64,000 nucleotides of DNA from Candidatus Latescibacterota bacterium (GCA_965248435.1 OZ252100.1:2400001-2464000); one strand, 5' to 3'. Positions 10,098 to 19,627 are shown, numbered from the stretch's first letter. The notes: generated from the sequence alone by a model not told the origin. Numbers and translations: made by a program.

Positions 10098-10187
10098 AGG
10101 CGGACGACCGACGACGGACCGCAGACCGCAGGATGAATAGTGTGATATTTCACGTTTCTAGCCGTCTGTGGTCCGTGGTCTGCGGTC
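10064..10187. repeat. Inverted heptamer array (GACCGCA/GACGACG units)
   Basis: Forward 7-mer run, AT-rich spacer, then complementary CCGTCTG/TGGTCCG/CGGTC run; similar arrays at 12287-12370 and 35413-35497. Confidence 0.8.
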
Positions 10188-10206
10188 GTGAAAGGCTTCT
10201 TTCATA

Positions 10207-10932
10207 GTGACAGACTACCGAGATGCCTACGGCCAGCAGCTCTACGAAGCCTACCTCCTCGAGAACGAGTTCGAGGTGATCGAGCGGCGCGACGGATACC
10301 TAGATATCTGCGACGCCACACACTATCTCTCGATGTACAAAGATTGGCCGTCTCACGAACGCAAGGCGATGCGCTACATGAAGGGAAAGGTCCTGGACAT
10401 CGGATGTGGGGCCGGGAGACACGCCCTTTACGCTCAGCACAGAGGTCACGACGTGCTGGGCGTCGACATCTCTCCTCTCGCCATCAAGGTCTGCAAGCGC
10501 CGAGGTCTCAAAAAAGCGAAGACCATGTCCATCACCCAGGTCAGTCGAAAGCTGGGCACGTTCGACACGCTTCTGATGCTCGGCAACAACTTCGGCCTCG
10601 TCGGAAACCCGAAGCGGGCCAGATGGCTGCTCCGAAGGTTCTATGGGATGACGAGCGACCAGGGAAAGATCATCGCGGGAACGCTCGATCCCTACGATAC
10701 GACCGATCGCGCTCATCTGGACTACCACAAAGAGAACCGAGACCGGGGGAGGATGGGCGGCCAGGTCCGGATGCGGATAAGGCAGGGAAGGCACGTCGGC
10801 GACTGGTTCGACTATCTCTTCGTCTCCAGGAAGGAGATGGACCGTCTCCTCAGAGACAGCGGATGGGCGGTCAGCCGATTCCTCGAGCCGTCAGGCCCGG
10901 CCTACGCCGCTATTCTGGAAAAGCGAAAGTGA
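10207..10932 (+). CDS. Class I SAM-dependent methyltransferase
   Basis: VLDIGCGAGRH, GVDISP, FDTLLMLGNNFG. Confidence 0.88.
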   Translation: MTDYRDAYGQQLYEAYLLENEFEVIERRDGYLDICDATHYLSMYKDWPSHERKAMRYMKGKVLDIGCGAGRHALYAQHRGHDVLGVDISPLAIKVCKRRGLKKAKTMSITQVSRKLGTFDTLLMLGNNFGLVGNPKRARWLLRRFYGMTSDQGKIIAGTLDPYDTTDRAHLDYHKENRDRGRMGGQVRMRIRQGRHVGDWFDYLFVSRKEMDRLLRDSGWAVSRFLEPSGPAYAAILEKRK

Positions 10933-11462
10933 CAGCGCGGGTTTCCGTCGTTCTGGCCGGGCTCACTCTGTTGGGCCTTTTCCCCGCCGAAACACAAGCC
11001 GATGAACAAACCGGACGTTCAGACGAGGATCGTTCGACGAATATACTGGCACTTGGATTCGGCCTAGATGCCGGGATGGTGGGGTTCAAGTACATGAAGC
11101 AGTCCACGGCGTCACCCGTACTCCTGGGTGTTGGCGTGGGCATAGAAGGCATTGCGCCACAGGTAGGCGTATCCCTGCTGCAATTCGAGCGCTGGGACCT
11201 GTATGGAAAGGCCTCGGTTCTAGTATCTACCTGGCATAGCGTCATCTTTTCGAAAGGCAGCGTCGTACCCGGCGTCGGCCTGGGTGTGCACCGCTGGCCC
11301 ACAGAATCTGGTCGTATTGGACTCTATCTGAATTTGGGTCTTGGACTCTTCTCACGGATTAGTGGCGAAAGCGAAGGAGGCGGTGAGTTGAGGGGAATCA
11401 TGCCTGATATACAGGTCGGATTGAGTGTGGATGGCATCCCCTGGCTGCGAAGTCGAAGGTGA
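10929..11462 (+). CDS. Hypothetical exported protein, possibly small beta-barrel
   Basis: GTG overlapping the upstream TGA; signal-like N-terminus; Gly/aromatic alternating strands. Confidence 0.55.
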   Translation: MTARVSVVLAGLTLLGLFPAETQADEQTGRSDEDRSTNILALGFGLDAGMVGFKYMKQSTASPVLLGVGVGIEGIAPQVGVSLLQFERWDLYGKASVLVSTWHSVIFSKGSVVPGVGLGVHRWPTESGRIGLYLNLGLGLFSRISGESEGGGELRGIMPDIQVGLSVDGIPWLRSRR

Positions 11463-11481
11463 ACCCTCCAGGACGAAATGC

Positions 11482-12270
11482 ATGGACCTCGGATTGAAAG
11501 GAAAGCGGGCCATCGTCACGGGGGGTAACCGTGGCATCGGCCGGCGCTGTGCGCTGGCGCTCGCGCGCGAAGGGGCCCGCGTCTGCATCACGGCGCGCGA
11601 TCAGGCGCTCCTGGACAAGACCGCAGGCGAGATCGAAACCGCCGGCGGTGAGGGCCACACCGTCTCCGTCGACCTGACCGCCAGGGAGAGTTGCCAAACC
11701 GTCGTAACCGAGACCGTAGAGAGGTTCGGCGGCGTGGACATCCTTATCAACTGCGCCGGCGCGGCGCGAGGCGGTGACATCCTGGACCTTCCGACCGAGC
11801 AGATCGACGAGGCGCTCGGCCTGAAGAGCTACAGCTATCTCCGCATGGCCCAACTCGTCATCCCCTACATGAAGCAGAACGGATGGGGGCGCATCGTCAA
11901 CATCGCCGGCGGCGCCGGCACGAGTCCCGATCAATCCAACATCCCGGTGAGCCTCGCCAACATCACCATCCTGAACACGACGCGTGCCCTATCGGATGCC
12001 GTCTCCGGAGACGGCATCCTGGTCAACACGATCTGTCCGGGAATCACGAACACACAGCGGGCGAGAACGATGCAGCAGGCGAAAGCCGAGGAGGAAGGCG
12101 TGAGCGTCGAGACGATCCTCAACCGGATGGGAGCCAGGCTTCCCGCGGGTCGCATCGCAGAGCCGGAGGAAATCGCCAGTGTCGTCGCCTTTCTCGCTTC
12201 GGAGCCTTGCTCTTATATGTTCGGCAGTTCGATATACATGGACGGCGGCGGAAGAAGGGGGACGCCATAG
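11482..12270 (+). CDS. SDR family oxidoreductase
   Basis: MDLGLKGKRAIVTGGNRGIG, DILINCAG, VNTICPG, DGG; canonical YxxxK replaced by VSLAN. Confidence 0.9.
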   Translation: MDLGLKGKRAIVTGGNRGIGRRCALALAREGARVCITARDQALLDKTAGEIETAGGEGHTVSVDLTARESCQTVVTETVERFGGVDILINCAGAARGGDILDLPTEQIDEALGLKSYSYLRMAQLVIPYMKQNGWGRIVNIAGGAGTSPDQSNIPVSLANITILNTTRALSDAVSGDGILVNTICPGITNTQRARTMQQAKAEEEGVSVETILNRMGARLPAGRIAEPEEIASVVAFLASEPCSYMFGSSIYMDGGGRRGTP

Positions 12271-12286
12271 GTGAGGGCGCTCGGCA

Positions 12287-12370
12287 CGACGACGGACGAC
12301 AGACCGCAGACCGCGAGATCAAAGGCGTAATTATTCTGGTTTGGCGGTCCCCGGTCCGCCGTCTGTGGTC
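12287..12370. repeat. Inverted heptamer array
   Basis: GACGACGGACGACAGACCGCAGACCGC...GCGGTCCCCGGTCCGCCGTCTGTGGTC. Confidence 0.75.
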
Positions 12371-12403
12371 ATAGATCGCTTACTTTGATGGAGATTTGCT
12401 CCT

Positions 12404-13597
12404 ATGAAAATAACTGACCTAAGATGCACCATCATCGGTCGAAACCCCGTCGTCCGCATCACGACCGATGAGGGCATCAGCGGGATCGGACAGGCCGAAT
12501 ACACCAAGCCCTACATCCAGCCCCAGGTCCTCTTCTACAAGCAGTTCATTTTGGGGGAGGATCCCACGGATGTCGAACGGGTCATGCTCAAAATCCGAAG
12601 GCTCGGAAGCTTCAAACCCTGGGGCAGCGCCGTCAGCGCGATCGAGATGGCGCTCTGGGACCTCGCGGGCAAGGCGGCGGGCCTGCCCGTTTACAAGCTG
12701 TTGGGGGGGAAGATTCGCGACAGGGTTCGGGTCTACAACGGCGCGGTGCGCTTCCCCATGGCCGGCTCAACGCCCGAGGATTATGCCGACAACATGGCCA
12801 AAATGAAGGCGGCCAAAGAAGGATTCTGCATCATCAAGCAGGGCGTCGGATTCCACAGCCAGATGCCTTATCAGGTCCCGGACCTCTTCTACGGCGAAGT
12901 CAGGCACGAGGGCCAGATGTCCACCGAGCGGGGGCTTTTGACCGAACGCGGGCTGAAACGCGTCATCGCCTGCGCCGAGGCGATGAAGGAGGTCCTCGGC
13001 GACGAGATTGGTCTCGCGCTCGACTGCGGCCCGGGGTGGACGGTCCCCGACGCGATCAAACTTGCGAAGGCCCTCGAACCGCTGAACCTGATGTGGCTCG
13101 AGGACCTGATCACCGGAGACTACGTGCCCTATGTCCAAGCCGATCTGTATCGTGAGGTCACACGAAGCACATCCGTCCCGATACACACCGGCGAACAGAT
13201 CTACCTCCGGCAGAACTTCAAAGACCTGATCGAGAAACGTGCGGTGAGTATCATCGGGCCGGACCCGTGTGACATCGGCGGCATCGCGGAGCTCAAGTGG
13301 GTCGCGGAGTATGCGGATCTTCACGGCGTCCTGATGGCGCCGCACGGCGTCGCGGACGGCCTCATCGGGCTCGCCGCCCTCGTCCAGGTCTCGGCGACGC
13401 TTCCTGAAAACTACATCGCCTTCGAGTATCCGATCGGTGATCCAGAATGGTGGTACGACATCGTAGAAGGCCTCCCCGACCCGATCGTTGAAGACAGCTT
13501 CATCCAAGTCTGGGACCGGCCGGGGCTGGGTGTAGAAATCAATCCGGAAGCGGCGAAAAAATACCTGCCTGAGGGCGACGAAGGCTTCTTCGACTGA
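12404..13597 (+). CDS. Mandelate racemase/muconate lactonizing enzyme family protein (acid-sugar dehydratase-like)
   Basis: SAIEMALWDLAGK...PVYKLLGG; metal ligands ALDC, WLED, TGEQ; APH. Confidence 0.9.
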   Translation: MKITDLRCTIIGRNPVVRITTDEGISGIGQAEYTKPYIQPQVLFYKQFILGEDPTDVERVMLKIRRLGSFKPWGSAVSAIEMALWDLAGKAAGLPVYKLLGGKIRDRVRVYNGAVRFPMAGSTPEDYADNMAKMKAAKEGFCIIKQGVGFHSQMPYQVPDLFYGEVRHEGQMSTERGLLTERGLKRVIACAEAMKEVLGDEIGLALDCGPGWTVPDAIKLAKALEPLNLMWLEDLITGDYVPYVQADLYREVTRSTSVPIHTGEQIYLRQNFKDLIEKRAVSIIGPDPCDIGGIAELKWVAEYADLHGVLMAPHGVADGLIGLAALVQVSATLPENYIAFEYPIGDPEWWYDIVEGLPDPIVEDSFIQVWDRPGLGVEINPEAAKKYLPEGDEGFFD

Positions 13598-14856
13598 TGC
13601 TGTGGATGAACGAAAGGAATCTCCTGAAGATCATCGGGCCCGGCATCCTCGTGGCGGCCACCGGCGTGGGGGCGGGCGATCTCGCCACCGGGGCATTTAC
13701 CGGATCGAAACTGGGCGTCGCGATCCTCTGGGCCGTGGTCCTGGGGGCCCTCTTCAAGTTCGTGTTGAACGAGGGGCTCACCCGCTGGCAGCTGGCCACA
13801 GGCGACACCTTGCTCGAGGGGGCGGTCACCCATCTCGGTCCGATTGCCCGGTATGGGTTTCTCGTCTACCTGCTGGCCTGGAGCTTCATGGTCGCGGCGG
13901 CCCTCATGAGTGCCTGCGGGGTCGCATTCCAGGCCATCTTTCCCCTGTTCGACGATCCGTCGACCGGTAAGATCGTCTACGGAATCAGCCTGAGCATCGT
14001 CGGCGTGATCCTGGTTCGTCTGGGCGGCTACTCGCTGTTCGAAAAGGTGATGGGCGTCTGCATCGCATTCATGTTCGTCACCGTCATCGTGACGGCCGTC
14101 CTCCTCGTCCCGAGCTGGAGGCAACTGATCGCCGGGCTCGTCGTGCCCGCCATCCCCGACCTGAACGGCGAAGGATTGTCCTGGACGATCGCCTTGATGG
14201 GCGGGGTCGGGGGCACCGTCACGGTCCTCTGCTACGGCTACTGGATCCGCGAGGAGGGGCGATTCAGCGGCGAAGACCTGTCCGTTTGCCGGATAGACCT
14301 TGCAGTCGGCTATGTGATGACCGCCCTGTTCGGCCTGGCGATGGTCGTGATCGGCAGCAGCATTCAGGTCGAAGGCGGCGGGGCCAGCCTGGTGATCAAG
14401 CTGGCGGATCGTCTCGTTGAAGAGCTGGGTCAGGTTGGAAGATGGGCGTTTCTTCTCGGGGCCTTCGGCGCCGTCTTCAGCAGCCTGCTGGGGGTCTGGC
14501 AGAGCGTCCCCTATCTCTTCGCGGACGTGATGGGCATGCGCTCCGGAGACTCGTCCACAAGAGATCGTGTTATTGATACGCGATCAAAAACATATCTTTG
14601 TTATCTGTACGGCATGGCGACGGTGCCCATGATCGGACTCTGGGTCGGGTTCGCCAGCATGCAGAAGGCATACGCCATCGTAGGCGCCCTCTTCATGCCC
14701 ATCCTGGCACTGGCGCTCCTCCTGTTGAACGGGCGCGCCAAATGGGTCGGAGAAGAATATCGAAACCACCCCACTACGTCCCTTGTGCTCATCGCCATCC
14801 TCATCTTCTTCTCGATGGCCGGATGGCTTACCGTTCGCCGAGTATTCGGGGTATGA
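13597..14856 (+). CDS. Nramp-family (APC-fold) membrane transporter
   Basis: IGPGILVAATGVGAGDL motif; about 11 hydrophobic helices. Confidence 0.82.
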   Translation: MLWMNERNLLKIIGPGILVAATGVGAGDLATGAFTGSKLGVAILWAVVLGALFKFVLNEGLTRWQLATGDTLLEGAVTHLGPIARYGFLVYLLAWSFMVAAALMSACGVAFQAIFPLFDDPSTGKIVYGISLSIVGVILVRLGGYSLFEKVMGVCIAFMFVTVIVTAVLLVPSWRQLIAGLVVPAIPDLNGEGLSWTIALMGGVGGTVTVLCYGYWIREEGRFSGEDLSVCRIDLAVGYVMTALFGLAMVVIGSSIQVEGGGASLVIKLADRLVEELGQVGRWAFLLGAFGAVFSSLLGVWQSVPYLFADVMGMRSGDSSTRDRVIDTRSKTYLCYLYGMATVPMIGLWVGFASMQKAYAIVGALFMPILALALLLLNGRAKWVGEEYRNHPTTSLVLIAILIFFSMAGWLTVRRVFGV

Positions 14857-14914
14857 TCTGTCTAACAACCGCATCGAGCCTAGACCACGAGATACGCTTA
14901 AAAGGAGGTGCGTG

Positions 14915-15589
14915 ATGCTCTACGGAAAACTGACGAACGAAAGCGAGGGATATAGCAAAGCCCGGGCCGAGCTCCTCGAAGCGGAGATCGCCCTCAGAGA
15001 CCAGCGTGAGCGCGTCGCGGAACTCAGACGGCAGCTCCCGCTCGACTCCCAGGTGGAAGACTACCTCTTCCGCGAAGGACCCGAAGACCTCGCTGCCGAA
15101 GGGCCCATCTCCGAAGTCCGTCTTTCCGGGCTCTTCGAGAAACCGGACAAGCCCGTTATCTTCTATCAGTTCATGTATGGCGCCGCCCAGGAAGACCCCT
15201 GCCCGATGTGTTCGATGTGGATCGACGGCCTCAACGGGATCGCGACCCATCTGCAACCGCACGCCAACTTCGCCATCGTCGCCGAGGCAGAGATCGGCGA
15301 TTTGCGACAGTGGGGTCGGAAACGTGGCTGGAACAACCTCAGATTGATCTCCTGCGCCGGCTCCTCCTTCAAGACCGACCTGCAGTTCCAGGATGAGGAC
15401 GGTGACCAGTATCCAGGGGTCAGCGTCTTCGTGAAAGGCTCAGATGGATCGTTGAAACACTTCTACTCTGGGTCGGCGATCATGAAAGAGGACGAATATC
15501 GCGGCATGGATCTTATCACTCCGGTCTGGAACCTGCTGGACCTCACACCTGACGGCCGGGGTGATTGGTGGCCGAGCGTGGAAGAATAA
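14915..15589 (+). CDS. DUF899 family thioredoxin-like protein
   Basis: RERVAELRRQLP, CPMCSMWID, WNLLDLTPDGR; SD AGGAGG. Confidence 0.88.
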   Translation: MLYGKLTNESEGYSKARAELLEAEIALRDQRERVAELRRQLPLDSQVEDYLFREGPEDLAAEGPISEVRLSGLFEKPDKPVIFYQFMYGAAQEDPCPMCSMWIDGLNGIATHLQPHANFAIVAEAEIGDLRQWGRKRGWNNLRLISCAGSSFKTDLQFQDEDGDQYPGVSVFVKGSDGSLKHFYSGSAIMKEDEYRGMDLITPVWNLLDLTPDGRGDWWPSVEE

Positions 15590-15600
15590 GGAGTGGCGCC

Positions 15601-15681
15601 ATGAGTTTCACATCTGATAAATCACTTGACCAAGGCGAGCTTCTCGATATCTACCGGAGGATGCTCACCATCCGGCGGTAA
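15601..15681 (+). pseudogene. 5' remnant of a TPP-dependent dehydrogenase E1-alpha-like gene
   Basis: SD AAGGAG; MSFTSDKSLDQGELLDIYRRMLTIRR* resembles the E1-alpha N-terminal L..Y..M..IR.FE helix. Confidence 0.55.
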
Positions 15682-15696
15682 AGCGGGAGGGATGTA

Positions 15697-16059
15697 ATGA
15701 TGTCACAAGAGACGCACTTCGACAGATCCGCGCCGGTCCTGCACGTCAGCGACATGTCGCGCTCGCTCGATTACTATCGGGATATCTTTGGCTTCAAGCC
15801 TGGCCATCTCCAACACGATCCTCCTGTGTATGCAACGCTGCGTCGAGACGAGGTCAGCCTCCATCTGGCGCTGGATCGAACCGGAAAGATAGCGGGGACC
15901 AGTTCCTGCTGTGTCTTCGTCAAAAACGTCGATGCCCTCTACAAGAGCTGTGTTGAAAACGGAGTCAAGATCGCTCGCGAAATCGAAGACTCGCCATACG
16001 GGTTGCGCGATTTCAACATCGAGGACCCTGACGGAAACATCATCCTGTTCGGTGAATGA
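15697..16059 (+). CDS. VOC/glyoxalase/bleomycin-resistance family protein
   Basis: PVLHVSD..RSLDYY, PYGLRDFNIEDPDGN. Confidence 0.9.
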   Translation: MMSQETHFDRSAPVLHVSDMSRSLDYYRDIFGFKPGHLQHDPPVYATLRRDEVSLHLALDRTGKIAGTSSCCVFVKNVDALYKSCVENGVKIAREIEDSPYGLRDFNIEDPDGNIILFGE

Positions 16060-17210
16060 TGACGATCAAATCCCTGGAAGCCATCCCCGTCGTGCTTCCA
16101 CTCGAGACCCCCTTCAAGGGGGGAACCTATACGATCCGTAACCGAAACACGATCGTCGTGGTCGTGGAAACCGATGGCGCACGCGGGGAGATTTACGGAG
16201 GGGACGAGGACGGTGAACAGGGGGCCGTTGTCGACCTGATAAACGGACCCCTCAGTGAGCATTTGGTGGGGCAGAGGGTAGCGACCCGCGACGACATCGA
16301 GCGAATCTACGTCGACCTGATGAACCTGCCCATCGACCTGGGCTATCGGGCCCTGGTCGATCTGGACATGGGGCGCCACGGCATTCATCAGCAGGCCCTG
16401 TCTCTGATCGACATCGCGCTCTGGGACGCACTGGGAAAGCACCTGCAGAAACCGGTTCACGAGCTGCTTGGAGGTGTCAGGCGGACGGAGATCCCGGTCT
16501 TTTCCATCGGCGGATATTATGAAGATGGAGACCCCGGCGCGAAGAAGGAGGAAGTTGACCGGCTTCGAGAACAGGGGCTGAGCGGGCTTAAGATGAAGGT
16601 GGGACGGGCCTCGCTTTCTGAGGATCTCGTAAGAATCCAGACGGCGCTGGATGCGGCTACTCCAGACTTTCGGATCGCGGTGGACGCGAACACGGCCTGG
16701 ACCGTGGATCAGGCACTGGAATTTTGCGAGTCGGTCAGCGATTGGCCGATCGCCTGGGTGGAAGAGCCGGTGAAATGGTACGACGGGTTGACCGGTCTGG
16801 CTCAGGTCAGAAAGACCTCGTCTATCCCCATCGTGAGTGGTCAGGGCGACATTTCCGAGTTTCGAAGCGCCGATCTCTGCCTCTACGGCGCTGTCGATCA
16901 GCTGAACACCGACGTCACGCTCGTCGGCGGGATCACCGCCTGGATGCGCGTGGCCGAGGTCGCCCGAGAGCACGACGTCAAGATGGGCCATCACGAGGAA
17001 CCCCAGGTCGCCCTCACCCTGTTGTCCGTCATCGACGAAATCGGGCCGGTGGAGATTCTGGCCGACGAGAAGCGGGACCCGCTGTGGCCGAAGATCCTCA
17101 AAGACTCGCCCAGGCCGGCGGACGGAAAGCTATCCGTTCCGACCGGTCCCGGACTGGGCCTCGACCTGAACTGGGATTTGATCGAACAATATTCTGCGAG
17201 GTCAATCTGA
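16056..17210 (+). CDS. Mandelate racemase/muconate lactonizing enzyme family protein
   Basis: IDIALWDALGK, KMK, VDAN, WVEEP, PTGPGLG. Confidence 0.9.
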   Translation: MMTIKSLEAIPVVLPLETPFKGGTYTIRNRNTIVVVVETDGARGEIYGGDEDGEQGAVVDLINGPLSEHLVGQRVATRDDIERIYVDLMNLPIDLGYRALVDLDMGRHGIHQQALSLIDIALWDALGKHLQKPVHELLGGVRRTEIPVFSIGGYYEDGDPGAKKEEVDRLREQGLSGLKMKVGRASLSEDLVRIQTALDAATPDFRIAVDANTAWTVDQALEFCESVSDWPIAWVEEPVKWYDGLTGLAQVRKTSSIPIVSGQGDISEFRSADLCLYGAVDQLNTDVTLVGGITAWMRVAEVAREHDVKMGHHEEPQVALTLLSVIDEIGPVEILADEKRDPLWPKILKDSPRPADGKLSVPTGPGLGLDLNWDLIEQYSARSI

Positions 17211-17239
17211 GTACCGTCGTTCGTCGATCGTCGCTTACA

Positions 17240-17358
17240 GACCCCTCCCTCGTTCCCTCCCCTAAAGGGGAGGGAAGACAGAAGCGGTGCTCTTGGATCT
17301 ACCAGAGGAAATCATCTCCCCCCTCCCTTTAGGGAAGGGGGGCCGGGGGGGTTAGGTC
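17240..17358. repeat. Double-palindrome repeat, family B (CCCTCCCC-n-GGGGAGGG)
   Basis: Terminal IR GACC...GGTC; related copy at 38350-38516. Confidence 0.8.
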
Positions 17359-17402
17359 CCAAATCCGCAACACGCAATTGAATCACGCCATAAAGGTTAG
17401 CC

Positions 17403-17742
17403 ATGCGCTTTATATCCACGAATGATGGCAGCTGCATCGTGTTCATGGACCCGCTAACCGTCGAACATTTGCAGAATCAGGTGGACGTGCTTTTAGACAC
17501 GCAGGTGGACACCCTGTGTTACACCGTGGGTCTGCCTGGCGCCTACGGAATGGCGAACCCTGCCGGATATTTCCGGCATGATGTATCTCGAGACGCGTCC
17601 CCTCCCCTTCTTAGCGTGCGAGTTGACGCCCGAGTTGACACAGGTGGGTCCAGCCGAGTTGTCGATCAGAGTGGTGGAACGAAACCCGGGGATCGCCACG
17701 CGGCTTACCGTGCGCGGTGTGAACATCCGAGTCAAGGCATGA
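17403..17742 (+). pseudogene. Internally deleted paralog of 17957..19495
   Basis: First 48 codons match the neighbour's N-terminus; out-of-frame 17548-17742 reads EWRTLPDISG...CELTPEL...VVERNPGIATRLTVRGVNIRVKA*, matching its C-terminus. Confidence 0.9.
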
Positions 17743-17786
17743 CCTTACTCGTCGCTTTGTTTATTGCCGCCTGTTTCTTCTTGATT

Positions 17787-17870
17787 CTGGAGTATTGCAG
17801 TACTGGAGTAGTGGAGTATTGTAAAATCTGCTTTTCCATTACTCCAACACTCCATTACTCCATTCCCCAT
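17787..17870. repeat. Inverted octamer array (GGAGTATT / ACTCCA)
   Basis: Nearly identical arrangement at 57121-57200. Confidence 0.8.
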
Positions 17871-17956
17871 CCATCGCGATCGTGTTGTGCGTTCCTCTGC
17901 GTCCTCCGGTCTATGCGGTGATGCCTTTTCAATCTCAAATCCGCTGAGAGGTAACC

Positions 17957-19495
17957 ATGCGTTTCATCTTGACCTGTGACGGCAGCTGCGTTGCGTTCAG
18001 GGATCCGCTGACCGTCGAACACCTGCAGAAGCAGGTGGACGTGCTTGTAGACACACAGGTGGACACTCTGTGCTACAACATCGGGTTACCCGGGGCGTAT
18101 GAATATGCCACGAAAGTGGGCACGCGGTATGGCCACGGGATGGAAAAGATGCCCGACGTCTCCTCCTACCGTGAAAGGCAGAATCTCGAAGCATTCTTTC
18201 AGCAGGGCATCGATCCGCTCCGGGTCCTGCTCGACCGCGGAATGGAAAAGGGTCTCAAGGTCTTTCCTGACATACGGATCTACGACTGTCAGTGCGGAAT
18301 CGATTTCGATCCCATGAATCGCGATCATCCGGACTGGCGGATCGGAGAACACGCCCGCTACGGTCCCGCATCGCTCATCTACGGGACCCGAGTCCCCGAC
18401 GCATACAAGAACCCCAACTACACCTGGCAGCTGGACTTCGCACATCCCGAAGTTCGACAGCGAACAATCGACATCGCCGAGGAACTGCTCACCTATCAGA
18501 TCGAAGGCCTGCAGCTGGACTTCCAGCGTCGACCCAACTACTTCAAGCCGGACGAGGCGGTCGATAACCGACACCTGATGACAGACATGGTGCGCGCGAT
18601 TCGTGCCAGCGTTCGAAAAGCCGAACAGGAGCAGGGCAGACCGGTGGAACTGCTGTGTCGGGTATGGGCGAACCTGGAGGACTGCTGGCATCTGGGTATG
18701 GATGTCAGGACGTGGGTCGAAGAGGGACTGATCGATCTCTTGATCCCGACCCATCACCTCTGCTTCGCGATCGACGCGCCCCTCGAGGAGTTTGTTGAGC
18801 TGACCAGGGACACACCGGTCAAGGTCTTGATGAACTACCTCCCGATCTTCGATTGGCCCAGGACGACCAGCGTCAGCCATCGCCCCGACCAGAAGCCTTC
18901 GTTCGCGGGCGTGCAGCTTCGGTCCCTGGATCTGGAATACGTACTGACCGGAGAGATGTGGCACGCCGGCGCCCAGATGGCCTTCGCCAAAGGCGCCGAC
19001 GGGCTGTCTATCTTCAACCTGAACCCGGCAGATTACGATGAGGGCTGGGACCTGAGCTTCCTGAGCGAGATCGCAGACCGGGACGTCGTGGCCCGGCACG
19101 ACAAGCTCTATCCCTTCATCACGGGCGAGTCGGCGAATCGATCCCGGAGCCTCAGTCGCAATGAGCCGGTAACCTATAACCTCTTCGTGGCTGAGGATCC
19201 GGCCGCTGTCGCGAAAATGACCCTCGAGGTACATATCGAAGAGCTTACGCGAGAGGATCGGCTCGAGTTTACCCTGGACGGCAAACCACTCCCGATGGAA
19301 ATTCGAACCCTTCCGGATGCATCAGGCGGCATGCACCTCCCCGGGCATCGTCCTCACCACTTCTTCGAGTGCGAGCTGACGCCCGAGTTGGTAGAGCTGG
19401 GCCCGTGCGAATTGGCGATCGGAGTGGTAGAACGAAACCCGGAGATACTTTCGCGGCTTACAGTGCTGGGTGTGAACATCAGGGTCAATCCCTGA
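17957..19495 (+). CDS. Putative glycoside hydrolase (GHL10/DUF187-like TIM barrel) with C-terminal beta domain
   Basis: HPDWRI, LDFAHPEVR, EGLQLDFQR, GMDVRTWVEEGLID, GADGLSIFN. Confidence 0.7.
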   Translation: MRFILTCDGSCVAFRDPLTVEHLQKQVDVLVDTQVDTLCYNIGLPGAYEYATKVGTRYGHGMEKMPDVSSYRERQNLEAFFQQGIDPLRVLLDRGMEKGLKVFPDIRIYDCQCGIDFDPMNRDHPDWRIGEHARYGPASLIYGTRVPDAYKNPNYTWQLDFAHPEVRQRTIDIAEELLTYQIEGLQLDFQRRPNYFKPDEAVDNRHLMTDMVRAIRASVRKAEQEQGRPVELLCRVWANLEDCWHLGMDVRTWVEEGLIDLLIPTHHLCFAIDAPLEEFVELTRDTPVKVLMNYLPIFDWPRTTSVSHRPDQKPSFAGVQLRSLDLEYVLTGEMWHAGAQMAFAKGADGLSIFNLNPADYDEGWDLSFLSEIADRDVVARHDKLYPFITGESANRSRSLSRNEPVTYNLFVAEDPAAVAKMTLEVHIEELTREDRLEFTLDGKPLPMEIRTLPDASGGMHLPGHRPHHFFECELTPELVELGPCELAIGVVERNPEILSRLTVLGVNIRVNP

Positions 19496-19559
19496 TGCCC
19501 GGTTCGCGATTTATGAGCGAATGATGTCCGTTCACATTGTGAAAATCCCCCTCAATCCC

Positions 19560-19627
19560 TCCCTCGACTCGCATGCTCGCTCACCTCGATACGGCCCTCC
19601 GGGCCTACTCGGTGCAGGCGGGACAGG
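19560..19627. mobile_element. 31-bp mini-element interrupted by a nested 37-bp mini-element (19582-19618)
   Basis: TCCCTCGACTCGCATGCTCGCT[CACCTCGATACGGCCCTCCGGGCCTACTCGGTGCAGG]CGGGACAGG. Confidence 0.72.

Noticed and set aside
10188-10928. N-terminal part of the 424-aa ORF
   Set aside because: Out-of-frame overlap with the methyltransferase; the credible start is GTG 10929
17403-17921. 172-aa ORF as a real protein
   Set aside because: Chimeric read-through of the deleted paralog into repeat DNA
17403-18100. Diversity-generating retroelement TR/VR pair
   Set aside because: Differences are largely third-position and not adenine-specific; there is no reverse transcriptase; a deleted paralog explains it
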